Of a stretch of DNA of 64,000 nucleotides, positions 55,509 to 64,000 are shown one piece after another. Position 1 is the stretch's first letter. Each line of letters begins with the position of its first letter. The stretch spans positions 5,976-69,975 of the forward strand of contig DAVU01000020.1 in NCBI GenBank assembly GCA_002505695.1, written 5' to 3'. Source of the DNA: Euryarchaeota archaeon UBA487. GTDB taxonomy: Archaea > Thermoplasmatota > Poseidoniia > Poseidoniales > Thalassarchaeaceae. The position numbers and the translations under genes are program-made. The notes beneath the pieces were generated by a model, which did not search any database, was not told the origin of the DNA, and saw nothing but the letters and a program-made list of their open reading frames with translations.

Positions 55509-56834
55509 ATGAGGAATAAGTTGGTTCGATTTTCAGACATAGGGGTCGAACCTCGTTTGGTCAAAGCACTTCGAAGAGAGGGGATAGTGGAACCTTTCGA
55601 AGTTCAACGAGAGTCGATACCTGATTCTCTCTTGGGCAGAGATGTGTGCTGCAGGGCGCCGACAGGATCTGGAAAGACGCTTGCTTTTGGGCTGCCTTTG
55701 CTATCAAGATGTTCCGATGCTAAGCCGAAGAAGCCGACATCATTGGTCCTCACCCCCACCAGAGAATTGGCAGAACAGATCAGGGCCGTTTTAGACCCAC
55801 TCGCAAAGTCATTGGGGCACAGGATAATGTCGATTTATGGCGGAACACCATACAGGCGCCAAATAAACAAGCTCGCGAAGGGCGCAGAGATTGTTGTGGC
55901 ATGCCCGGGGAGGCTCTTGGATTTAGTTGAAAAGCGGGCTCTGTACTTGGAAAATGTCGATATCGTTGTACTGGACGAGGCAGACAGGATGGCTGACATG
56001 GGATTCATGGAGCCAGTTTGTGAGATATTAGACGCATGCAGCCGGAGTCGGCAGACCATCTTGTTCAGCGCTACCCTGGATGATGAGGTCGCAGAATTAG
56101 TTGAGTCATATCAGAGAGATCCCGTGGTCATAGAAATAGGGCCCGAGGAAGTAAGTATGGATTCAATGGACCACATATTCTGGAGGGTCAATTCAAGCAA
56201 CAAGTTGGCCCTGTCAGAATACGTCACTCAGAATTGTAGTCCTAGCATTGTCTTTTGCAAAACTCGTGCCGGATCAAATAAACTTGGCAAGCAACTTGCA
56301 GAGATGGGTGCCTCAGTGGCCGTCCTCCATGGCGGCATGAACCAAAAGCAGAGGGACAGGTCCATGAGAAAGTTCAGCACCCAGAAGGTTCGAACGCTGA
56401 TCGCTACCGATGTTGCTTCGAGAGGAATTGACATACAAGGCGTGAATTGCGTGTTGCATTATGATCCTCCGGAAAATGGGAAAGCGTACAAACACAGGAG
56501 TGGGAGAACGGCGAGAGCTGGGATGACGGGGATTGTCGTGTCATTGGTGCAGAAATCACAACAAAGGTACTACAAGAGAATACAGAAGCAAGTTGGAATA
56601 TCTTGTGAGATCACGGAGCCAATGCCAGAACTCATCGCATCTGGGAATAGTATCAATCCCGAGCGAAATAATCGGGCAAAAAATCGAAAAAAGAAAAGGT
56701 TTCATGACAAGGACCGGGGCCAAGGATCCTCAAAAGTAAACAGCTCTTCAGGTAGAAAAAGTGGCAGTAAAAGGGGTAGGCGACAAAGAAGAAATTTCAA
56801 GAAATCCAAGTCCAACAGTCATAAAAGGAAATGA
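55509..56834 (+). CDS. DEAD-box ATP-dependent RNA helicase with Lys/Arg-rich C-terminal tail
   Basis: Q motif FEVQ, APTGSGKT, PTRELA, VLDEADRM, SAT, ATDVASRGID, HRSGRTARAG. Confidence 0.9.
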   Translation: MRNKLVRFSDIGVEPRLVKALRREGIVEPFEVQRESIPDSLLGRDVCCRAPTGSGKTLAFGLPLLSRCSDAKPKKPTSLVLTPTRELAEQIRAVLDPLAKSLGHRIMSIYGGTPYRRQINKLAKGAEIVVACPGRLLDLVEKRALYLENVDIVVLDEADRMADMGFMEPVCEILDACSRSRQTILFSATLDDEVAELVESYQRDPVVIEIGPEEVSMDSMDHIFWRVNSSNKLALSEYVTQNCSPSIVFCKTRAGSNKLGKQLAEMGASVAVLHGGMNQKQRDRSMRKFSTQKVRTLIATDVASRGIDIQGVNCVLHYDPPENGKAYKHRSGRTARAGMTGIVVSLVQKSQQRYYKRIQKQVGISCEITEPMPELIASGNSINPERNNRAKNRKKKRFHDKDRGQGSSKVNSSSGRKSGSKRGRRQRRNFKKSKSNSHKRK

Positions 56835-57082
56835 TCCTCAGTCTATCGGTCATCACAGGGCTTAAAGGCGGGTCATTTTGCGCTGGGAGTATGTCAGAAT
56901 GGATCAAAGTAGTCACGGAAGGGGGAATAACGAGGATCAAGATGAAGGCCATTTGCGCTTATCAGATCACTGAAGATAAGGCCCAGTTGCTAATCTACAC
57001 AAAGGACAATTCATTGTTCCAGATCACAAAGGACGCAGGATTGAACTTCGAATTATTGGACTCTCATTTCAAAATCAAGTAA
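56831..57082 (+). CDS. hypothetical small protein
   Basis: 83-aa ORF, or 63 aa from MSEWIKVV. ATGA overlap with the helicase stop. No motif. Confidence 0.3.
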   Translation: MILSLSVITGLKGGSFCAGSMSEWIKVVTEGGITRIKMKAICAYQITEDKAQLLIYTKDNSLFQITKDAGLNFELLDSHFKIK

Positions 57083-57083
57083 T

Positions 57084-57734
57084 CTAACTCTTGGTTCCAA
57101 CGATTACCAGCGTTCCTTCCCAGCCCTCCCTTCTCTGAACCCTGAATGACTCCACGCCAGTAAACCCCGACTTTTGCATTGCCCTTTTCCACTCTTTCTC
57201 TGACTTTGTCGCTAGTTTGAGCCCTAGTGACGATGGCCACGATAAGCTCTCTGTGTTCTCAAAGTAGTGGTCTATCCCGAAGGCTAGGCATCCATTCGCT
57301 GTCAGCCACCTATCGTAAATGGTGCCAATGAAAGAGAAGGGGTCCTCCAGGTAATACATGAATTCCATGCTCACAACAAAGTCATACTGTTGGTCTGGGA
57401 TCCATTTTGGAAGTTGTCCATGCTTATAGTCCCCAACTGGGTGGATTTTCCTGGCCTTTTCTATCATGTCCAAAGAACCGTCCACTCCTGATGCTACTTG
57501 GCAGCCAGCGATGTTCTGGAGTTGCCTCACTGCCCATCCATTCCCGCAACCGACATCTATTGCGGAGAATTTCGATGGCAGCCTAGTTCGAGCGATTCCA
57601 AACATCTCCATGACGCTTGCAAAATGGCCCTTTTCCATGCCCTCGTCTCTTCCGTTCCTTGCCCATTCGCCAAAAAGATCGATCGCATTGCGCTGGCCCA
57701 TGCAACTAGGTGACATTCGGACTATATGATCCAT
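57084..57734 (-). CDS. class I SAM-dependent methyltransferase
   Basis: Motif I AIDVGCGNGW, acidic post-I GVDGS, and later FDFVVSMEFMYYL. Confidence 0.75.
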   Translation of the reverse strand: MDHIVRMSPSCMGQRNAIDLFGEWARNGRDEGMEKGHFASVMEMFGIARTRLPSKFSAIDVGCGNGWAVRQLQNIAGCQVASGVDGSLDMIEKARKIHPVGDYKHGQLPKWIPDQQYDFVVSMEFMYYLEDPFSFIGTIYDRWLTANGCLAFGIDHYFENTESLSWPSSLGLKLATKSEKEWKRAMQKSGFTGVESFRVQRREGWEGTLVIVGTKS

Positions 57735-57764
57735 ACTTCAAGTTGGCATAGAAGGAGTTAGACC

Positions 57765-58040
57765 TCATTCGGTTGGGTTTGTATTGGACAATTTAGCAAG
57801 TCTCTTCTTCTTGTTTTGCCGCTTCTTGTAATACGGGTATAATGGCCACTTTGCCAACCCAGTCCACATAACGAGAAAGATGAAGTATACAGAAACCAAT
57901 TTGTCGATTTCCTCGGACCAGAGCGTTTCTACGCCAAAAAGCCCATTGTAATAATATGCGATTCTGGCATGGTAAACGACTAATATCATACCAAAGGAGA
58001 GATGGATGTATCTCCACACTTTGTTCCAGTTCAAGGACAT
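57765..58040 (-). CDS. hypothetical small membrane protein with basic C-terminus
   Basis: 91-aa ORF, 2-3 TM, AT-rich. Confidence 0.4.
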   Translation of the reverse strand: MSLNWNKVWRYIHLSFGMILVVYHARIAYYYNGLFGVETLWSEEIDKLVSVYFIFLVMWTGLAKWPLYPYYKKRQNKKKRLAKLSNTNPTE

Positions 58041-58093
58041 AACTTGAGAGACTTGCTGGCGATGTATATACGTTCCATTATCGCACAGCGATG

Positions 58094-59173
58094 TTAATCC
58101 AATTGGAAACTTGTTCTGACTTGCGATTTGGGCCTAGCAGGCGTCAAGGACATCCCTCTGAGGGGGTTTGCTAGAGTTTCAACACCATCAACGGTCCAAA
58201 TCGCCCCCCTAGCGATGGACTGCTCATCTTCCAGCGCTTGACCAACTGTGTTGACGGCTGCGAAGGGCAGTCCAGACAACTTTTGTTCCCAATGATCTCT
58301 TGGCTCTCGGATGAAAATGTCCGCCAGAAGAGATTCGAGATTGGATCTATCTTCGACCCTATCCGCATTTTTTTCCCATTGCTTGTTGTTCGGCAAACCT
58401 AGTGCTCCTGAGGCACGCCGCCATTGATCGTCGCTCCCTACAGCGATGACGAACCACCCATCAGAGGCTTCGAAGGCCCTGTATGGTACAAGGTTAGGGT
58501 GCGCACTCGCCATGGGCCTCGGGTCCTCGCCTGTTGCAATTCGGTTTTGCGCTTGATTGACAAGGGCTGCAATCGCGCAATCCCATAAACTGATGTCGAT
58601 ACGCTGACCTAATCCCGTTCTCTCTCTGTGAAAAAGAGCAGCGATTATGGCGGATGTGGCTTGGAGCCCTGTTATCACATCGATCCACGCTACCCCGACT
58701 TTTACGGGTGGTCTACCATCTTCCCCTGTGATAGACATAATCCCCGATCTAGCTTGCAGGGACAGATCATAACCGGGCTCAGAGCTTCTCGGCCCTGTCG
58801 CCCCATATCCAGATATGGAGCATAGAATCTTGTCCCCGGGCAACTCCGGAACTAGTCTATCGAACGTGCCTGGGCGGAAGTTTTCGACTATTACATCGGC
58901 TTGTGAAATCAAATGTTGTAGTTCCTTCGTCTGTTCTTTTAGATTCATCCTAATGATTTGCTTTCCTCTGTTGCATGACAAAAAGTAGGCTGCGACGTCC
59001 TTCCCTTCGAAGTCTTTCGTGAACGGGGGGCCCCATGATCTTGTGTCGTCGCCCCATGGAGCCTCTATTTTCAGGACCTCTGCCCCCAAATCTGCTAGGT
59101 TCTGAGAGGCGTATGGGCCTGCAAGTACCCTTGATAAGTCAAGTACCTTGACTCCGGATAGTGCCCCCTCCAT
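58094..59173 (-). CDS. CoA-transferase family III (CaiB/BaiF) protein
   Basis: GVKVLDLSRVLAGPYASQNLADLGAEVLKIE signature. Start moved to the MEGALSG Met to avoid a 32-nt overlap with ileS. Confidence 0.85.
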   Translation of the reverse strand: MEGALSGVKVLDLSRVLAGPYASQNLADLGAEVLKIEAPWGDDTRSWGPPFTKDFEGKDVAAYFLSCNRGKQIIRMNLKEQTKELQHLISQADVIVENFRPGTFDRLVPELPGDKILCSISGYGATGPRSSEPGYDLSLQARSGIMSITGEDGRPPVKVGVAWIDVITGLQATSAIIAALFHRERTGLGQRIDISLWDCAIAALVNQAQNRIATGEDPRPMASAHPNLVPYRAFEASDGWFVIAVGSDDQWRRASGALGLPNNKQWEKNADRVEDRSNLESLLADIFIREPRDHWEQKLSGLPFAAVNTVGQALEDEQSIARGAIWTVDGVETLANPLRGMSLTPARPKSQVRTSFQLD

Positions 59174-59210
59174 ATTGCTTCGCAGGATGGGTATCGATTC
59201 AATGCTGTGA

Positions 59211-62200
59211 TCAGGACACGGTGAATCCGATTGTAATTCCATCCACCTCGAATGTGGATTCAGAGGAGCTCAAATCCCCTGTCAACTTACCCGAAGTGGC
59301 CCTTGTCTCAGAGAGAATGTGATCCCAGTCATTCTCTGCCAGCTTGGGCGAATCAGGGCCCAAAGCGATCTCCAGTGAGATCTCCGCCTCTATCCTCAGG
59401 TCCATTTCCTTTCGCTTTGCCTGAACCCTACGAATGATATCGCGAGCCAATCCCTTAGACAACAAGTCTTCGTCCAGTGACATATCGAGTACAAGAGTCA
59501 CATTCCCATGTTCTGATTCAATTGTCGCTGCTGCATATCCATCCTTCTCAACGCGATGGATTTCCACATCATCTAGGGTTATTTGGTATCCCCCCAAGTA
59601 TGCGATGCCAGCCTCGATTTCCAGTAAGAACGATTCTGAGTCGACTGCTTCAAGTTCCCCTAGGACTATTGGAAGATCAGTTGTGCATTTCCTACCAAGA
59701 TTTCTTCTGTTCGGCTTCAGTTGTACTTTCTGGAATCTCTCGAGATCGTTCTCTTCTTCAAGCAGTCCTACGTTCAATTCCTCAGATAGTATTCCTGTCA
59801 GGTCGCCTACGCCAATGCCTCCCACGATCCATCCTTTCTTGCATGGCAAGCGCTGTCTTCGAGATGATTCGACCCTGATTCTACGGCCAGCCTCGGCGAG
59901 ATTCCTTACCAATTCCATCCTCAACTCCAGTTCTGGGTCTCTCTGAGGCAGTTTGGAGTCAATCAAATCAGATCCGCAAGGCCAATCAGCAAGGTGGACC
60001 GAGGTTTGGAAGAGGTCTCGATGGATTTTGTCTACCATGAATGGAGAGATTGGGGCCATGAGTTTACATGCTACTCCGAGTACATCGCGAAGTGTGTGAT
60101 GGCATGCCGCCTTGTCATCACTTTCGGCTTCGTCCCAGAGCCTTCTCCTAGATCTCCGAACGTACCAATTGGAGATATCGTCAACGACGAATCGCTCTAT
60201 TTCTCTTCCCGCCTTGTGGAAGTCCCATTGTTCAAATAGGAATGAAACCCTTTCTGCAGTCGCACTGGTTTGGGAAAGTATCCATCTGTCCAAGGACGGC
60301 CTCGATGATGGCTCTGAAGATTCCATATTTCCATTGAACGAGTCCAAAGCAGCATAATCAACATGGAATCTATAGATGTTCCAAAGAGTGAGAAACATCC
60401 TGGCATAAGACTCTCTAACTCCACTTGGATCGAAGTTTGTTGGCTGCCAAGGAGAACTTTGAGTCGTCATGTACCACCTTATCGCGTCAGCCCCCTCCAG
60501 GTTGAAGTGGTCCCAAGGGTCCACTACGTTCCCCCTTGACTTGCTCATTTTCTTTCCATTCTTGTCCAGGATATGGCCAAGGGAAAGACATCTCTTGTAT
60601 GTCGGTTTTCCAAAGACAGTTGTACCAACAGCCAGTAGAGAGTAGAACCAACCTCTAGTTTGGTCAACCGCCTCGCAGATGTAATCAACCGGGAAGGATG
60701 AGTCGAATTTCTCTTCATTCTCGAATGGGTAGTGCCATTGAGCGAAAGGTGCGCAGCCGGAGTCAAACCAGCAATCCATAACATATGGTTCTCTTTTCAT
60801 TTCTCCAGAGCACCCCCTCTCTGGACAAACCAATTTAATTTCATCCACATAAGGTCTGTGAAGTTCCTTGGGCATTTCAGAATCCACTGTCAGCATAGAT
60901 TCCATTTCTCCACGGCTTCCGATACAATGTTCGTGACCACATTCGCTACAGATCCACACAGGTATCGGAGTCCCCCAATATCGTTCCCTGCTGATTGCCC
61001 AATCCTTGAGGTTTGATAACCACTCACCCATCCTTCCCGAGCCAGTCGAGGGTGGTGCCCACTCAACCGAATTGTTGTTCTCCAGTATTTGCTCTTTGAC
61101 TGCAGTCATTCGGACGAACCAGCTATCCATGGCGTAGTACAGGAGTGGATGATCCGTTCTCCAACAATGTGGATAGTCGTGAGTGTACAAATGCTCTCGG
61201 TATATTCTGCCGGATTGATTTAGGAGATCTAGTATTATATCGTCGCAATCCTTCACGTAAATGCCGTCAAGTTTGGGATGAGTCCCTCGTATGAAACATC
61301 CATCCATCCCCACTGTGTGTTGGGCAGGATAGCCTGATGCCAAGCCAAGATTGTAGTCGTCCTCGCCATACATGACCGCAGTGTGGACGACGCCAGTCCC
61401 ATCCGTGGTCGTGACGAAATCTGCGGTCACGATGGACCATGCCTCTGTGTGGCCCTTTCCATCAACTGCGCCCGGGAAAAGCGGATTGTAGTGCAGTCCC
61501 GACAAATCCGTTCCCTTCATTTCTTCTAAGATTTCGACTTTGTGACGGAGCACATGACCCATCAAATCCTTGGCAAGTATCAACTGATCGCCGACTTCAG
61601 CAAAACCTCTGCCCTGCCACTTTGCAGATGGTTGCTCAGCGACCCTGACTCGGACATAATCTATATCTGGGCCGACTGCGAGGCCTACGTTCCCGGGAAG
61701 TGTCCAAGGGGTTGTAGTCCATGCAATTATGCATGCTGGATCATCAATCAAGTCAAATTTGACAAAAACTGCTGGCTCGGTCACCTCTTTGTATCCGAGA
61801 GCCACCTCATGACTCGAGTATGATGTCCCAGTTTGCGGGCAATAGGGGAGTACTTTGTGGCCCCTAAAGAGTAATCCTTTCTCATGCATTTGTTTCAGGG
61901 ACCACCATGCCGATTCTATGTAGTCATCCTCCAACGTCACGTAGGGGTCATTCATGTCGACCCAGAAACCCATCCTTTCAGTCATCTCGCGCCATGCTTG
62001 CTCGTATGTCCAGACGCTTTCCTTGCAAGCTTCATTGAATTCCTTCATCCCATAGGCCTCAATGGCCTCGTTTGACATTAGGTCCAACCTCTTCTGAACC
62101 TCTATTTCGACTGGTAGGCCATGGGTGTCCCAGCCCGCTTTTCTCTCGACCACGTAGCCTTCCATGGTTTTCCATCTGCAAACCATGTCCTTGTACAACC

Positions 62201-62387
62201 TAGACAACACATGATGAATTCCAGGTTTACCATTTGCTGTTGGTGGTCCCTCAAGAAATGTGAAAGGTTTGCCTCTCATCCTGCGGGCTTCTATTGATGA
62301 CTGGAATGTTTTCTCATTACCCCAGATTTCTATGATTTGATTCTCAAGGGAAACTGGGTCGAGGCGCCCGCCTTGGTCATTGCTCAT
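59211..62387 (-). CDS. ileS: isoleucyl-tRNA synthetase
   Basis: PPTANGKPGIHH (HIGH), editing domain, KMSKSRGN, Zn-finger-like CSECGHEHC. Start at the MSNDQGG Met leaves a 110-nt divergent promoter region shared with nadE. Confidence 0.95.
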   Translation of the reverse strand: MSNDQGGRLDPVSLENQIIEIWGNEKTFQSSIEARRMRGKPFTFLEGPPTANGKPGIHHVLSRLYKDMVCRWKTMEGYVVERKAGWDTHGLPVEIEVQKRLDLMSNEAIEAYGMKEFNEACKESVWTYEQAWREMTERMGFWVDMNDPYVTLEDDYIESAWWSLKQMHEKGLLFRGHKVLPYCPQTGTSYSSHEVALGYKEVTEPAVFVKFDLIDDPACIIAWTTTPWTLPGNVGLAVGPDIDYVRVRVAEQPSAKWQGRGFAEVGDQLILAKDLMGHVLRHKVEILEEMKGTDLSGLHYNPLFPGAVDGKGHTEAWSIVTADFVTTTDGTGVVHTAVMYGEDDYNLGLASGYPAQHTVGMDGCFIRGTHPKLDGIYVKDCDDIILDLLNQSGRIYREHLYTHDYPHCWRTDHPLLYYAMDSWFVRMTAVKEQILENNNSVEWAPPSTGSGRMGEWLSNLKDWAISRERYWGTPIPVWICSECGHEHCIGSRGEMESMLTVDSEMPKELHRPYVDEIKLVCPERGCSGEMKREPYVMDCWFDSGCAPFAQWHYPFENEEKFDSSFPVDYICEAVDQTRGWFYSLLAVGTTVFGKPTYKRCLSLGHILDKNGKKMSKSRGNVVDPWDHFNLEGADAIRWYMTTQSSPWQPTNFDPSGVRESYARMFLTLWNIYRFHVDYAALDSFNGNMESSEPSSRPSLDRWILSQTSATAERVSFLFEQWDFHKAGREIERFVVDDISNWYVRRSRRRLWDEAESDDKAACHHTLRDVLGVACKLMAPISPFMVDKIHRDLFQTSVHLADWPCGSDLIDSKLPQRDPELELRMELVRNLAEAGRRIRVESSRRQRLPCKKGWIVGGIGVGDLTGILSEELNVGLLEEENDLERFQKVQLKPNRRNLGRKCTTDLPIVLGELEAVDSESFLLEIEAGIAYLGGYQITLDDVEIHRVEKDGYAAATIESEHGNVTLVLDMSLDEDLLSKGLARDIIRRVQAKRKEMDLRIEAEISLEIALGPDSPKLAENDWDHILSETRATSGKLTGDLSSSESTFEVDGITIGFTVS

Positions 62388-62497
62388 CGCCCCCCCGACC
62401 GTGGCACTTGATTTCAATGTCGCCCGAGCACAAGTGATTTCGGGGGGCTCTAGAACCCAAGACAATAGTCCATTAATCACCATATGATGGCAAACTT

Positions 62498-63268
62498 ATG
62501 ACCGGAGACGACACCTTGGGAGACAAGATCGCTAGATGGATAAGGGAGTACGCACAGTCAAATGGAATTTCGACGCTGGTAGTGGGTGTCTCGGGAGGAG
62601 TGGATTCGGCAGTCACCTCCACTCTCTGTGCGATGACTGGCATAAGGACAATAGCACTCAATTTACCGATTAATCAGGATTTAGACCAATTTGACCTGTC
62701 AAATGCCCATATCAGTTGGTTAGAGGATAAGTGGGAAAATGCAGAAGGGCGTTTAATCGACCTATCCGCTACTTTTCGCGTATTAGCTGACGACTCATTG
62801 TCAGAGTTCTCGGTCACCGACATGGCTCTCGCAAACACCAAAGCAAGGTTGAGGATGACCACATTGTATGCAATCTCCGCTTCAAACAACGGCATAGTCG
62901 TTGGAACGGGCAACAAGGTAGAGGATTTTGGAGTAGGCTTCTACACAAAATATGGCGATGGAGGGGTTGACATTTCACCGATAGCGGACCTAATGAAATC
63001 AGAGGTATACCAATTAGGTCATGAGCTCGGCGTTCATAAGGACATCCTGGAGTCGTCTCCAACTGATGGATTGTGGGAAGATGGTAGGACTGATGAGGAC
63101 CAAATTGGGGCTACCTACGAGGAGTTGGAGTGGGCGATGGAACAATCCCCTAACACAGGAGATATGGATTGGACGCCGAGACAAATAGAAGTCATGAGGA
63201 TATTCAATAAGTTCAACGCCCAGAACTCACACAAAATGAATCCAATACCGGTATACATTAACAGCTGA
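62498..63268 (+). CDS. nadE: NH3-dependent NAD+ synthetase
   Basis: VVGVSGGVDSAV PP-loop, and GTGNKVEDFGVGFYTKYGDGG. Confidence 0.9.
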   Translation: MTGDDTLGDKIARWIREYAQSNGISTLVVGVSGGVDSAVTSTLCAMTGIRTIALNLPINQDLDQFDLSNAHISWLEDKWENAEGRLIDLSATFRVLADDSLSEFSVTDMALANTKARLRMTTLYAISASNNGIVVGTGNKVEDFGVGFYTKYGDGGVDISPIADLMKSEVYQLGHELGVHKDILESSPTDGLWEDGRTDEDQIGATYEELEWAMEQSPNTGDMDWTPRQIEVMRIFNKFNAQNSHKMNPIPVYINS

Positions 63269-63276
63269 ATGCAAAC

Positions 63277-63849
63277 ATGAGTCTCAATTGTTATCTACAC
63301 GACATCCGAGTTGCGGGCAGTATGAGCGTACAGGAACAGGTCTACGAACTAGTCAAAGTACATCCAAACTTTGAGATTAGGAAGTACCCCGATGTTATCT
63401 GCGCTATCGCAACGATGTCTGAATCAGACTACAGTGGTTCTTCGGAGTCTTTTCGAAGGATAGCCAAGTACATATTCGGGCAAAACGATCGTTCTATGAA
63501 AATCGCTATGACCTCGCCGGTCCAAAGATGGAATGACGAAGATGGCTCCAAAATGGCGTTCATAATGCCCCCAGAATATCAAGTCGGAGACCTGCCGAGC
63601 CCCACAGATGAGGGTGTAGAGATAGTCGAGGTTCCGGAATGCCTTACTGCAGTACTTCGATTCTCTGGATTCTCGGGCCGACGGAAGACTGAATCTCGTA
63701 CAAAGAGGCTGGAGGCCCTAATCAGAGAGCACGAATACAGGCAAATATCCGTGCCGATCCTAGCTGTGTACGACAACCCAAGTACAACCTTACCTTTCCT
63801 CAGGCGGAATGAGATAATCATACCAATCGAAATAGCGGTGGAGGGCTGA
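63277..63849 (+). CDS. SOUL heme-binding family protein
   Basis: YELVKVHPNFEIRKYP...FRRIAKYIFGQNDRSMKIAMTSPV matches the SOUL/HBP pattern. Confidence 0.7.
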   Translation: MSLNCYLHDIRVAGSMSVQEQVYELVKVHPNFEIRKYPDVICAIATMSESDYSGSSESFRRIAKYIFGQNDRSMKIAMTSPVQRWNDEDGSKMAFIMPPEYQVGDLPSPTDEGVEIVEVPECLTAVLRFSGFSGRRKTESRTKRLEALIREHEYRQISVPILAVYDNPSTTLPFLRRNEIIIPIEIAVEG

Positions 63850-63851
63850 GT

Positions 63852-64000
63852 ATGCGCCATGGGTTGAAAGTCTCTGGATCGAGTGACATATTGCAAGCAA
63901 TGGAACGAGGTCTTCACTTCACAAGAATTCTGGTCCTCAGGAACGCTACTTCGGAATCAACACGATTACTGATTAGTAGAGCTTCGGAGTTGGGCATTCA
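63852..64000 (+). CDS. partial CDS, possibly SpoU/TrmH-type RNA methyltransferase N-terminus; runs off window end
   Basis: Own translation: MRHGLKVSGSSDILQAMERGLHFTRILVLRNATSESTRLLISRASELGI. It resembles a SpoU substrate-binding N-domain. Only 49 aa are visible. Confidence 0.3.
   Translation, partial: MRHGLKVSGSSDILQAMERGLHFTRILVLRNATSESTRLLISRASELGI

Overview
Gene-dense (about 60 CDS, 1 tRNA), mostly housekeeping chromosomal segment of an archaeon. Archaeal markers are TBP, ABCE1, DRG GTPase, archaeosine tRNA-guanine transglycosylase, archaeal-type TIM, archaeal NMNAT, CTP-dependent riboflavin kinase, mevalonate kinase and a tRNA-Ala(GGC). They are mixed with bacterial-like TCA genes (sucCD, citrate synthase), GrpE, Kbl and several large secreted or anchored proteins (PKD/CARDB adhesin, LTD-amidohydrolase, BNR lipoprotein). 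By inference this fits a planktonic heterotrophic Thermoplasmatota (Marine Group II/III-like) genome; I cannot verify taxonomy without a search. I saw no rRNA, CRISPR array, transposase, integrase or recognisable defence island. There is no clear-cut new system. The best candidates for follow-up are: (1) a tightly coupled duplicated ABC-2 exporter operon that also carries an AttH/CrtC/tocopherol-cyclase-like protein with a WWWWW tract and a bPH membrane protein; (2) a TBP with a ~56-aa acidic insertion in its second repeat, preceded by a perfect 19-bp palindromic TATA element; (3) an unannotated 35-aa eL41-like ORF next to the tRNA; (4) an ArcTGT in which the CxCxxC zinc motif is replaced; (5) an ABCE1 with a degenerate Fe-S domain; (6) tandem squalene/phytoene-synthase paralogs; (7) a fused aconitase-X protein near mevalonate kinase. 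All functional calls come from motif recognition in the supplied translations, not from database searches.
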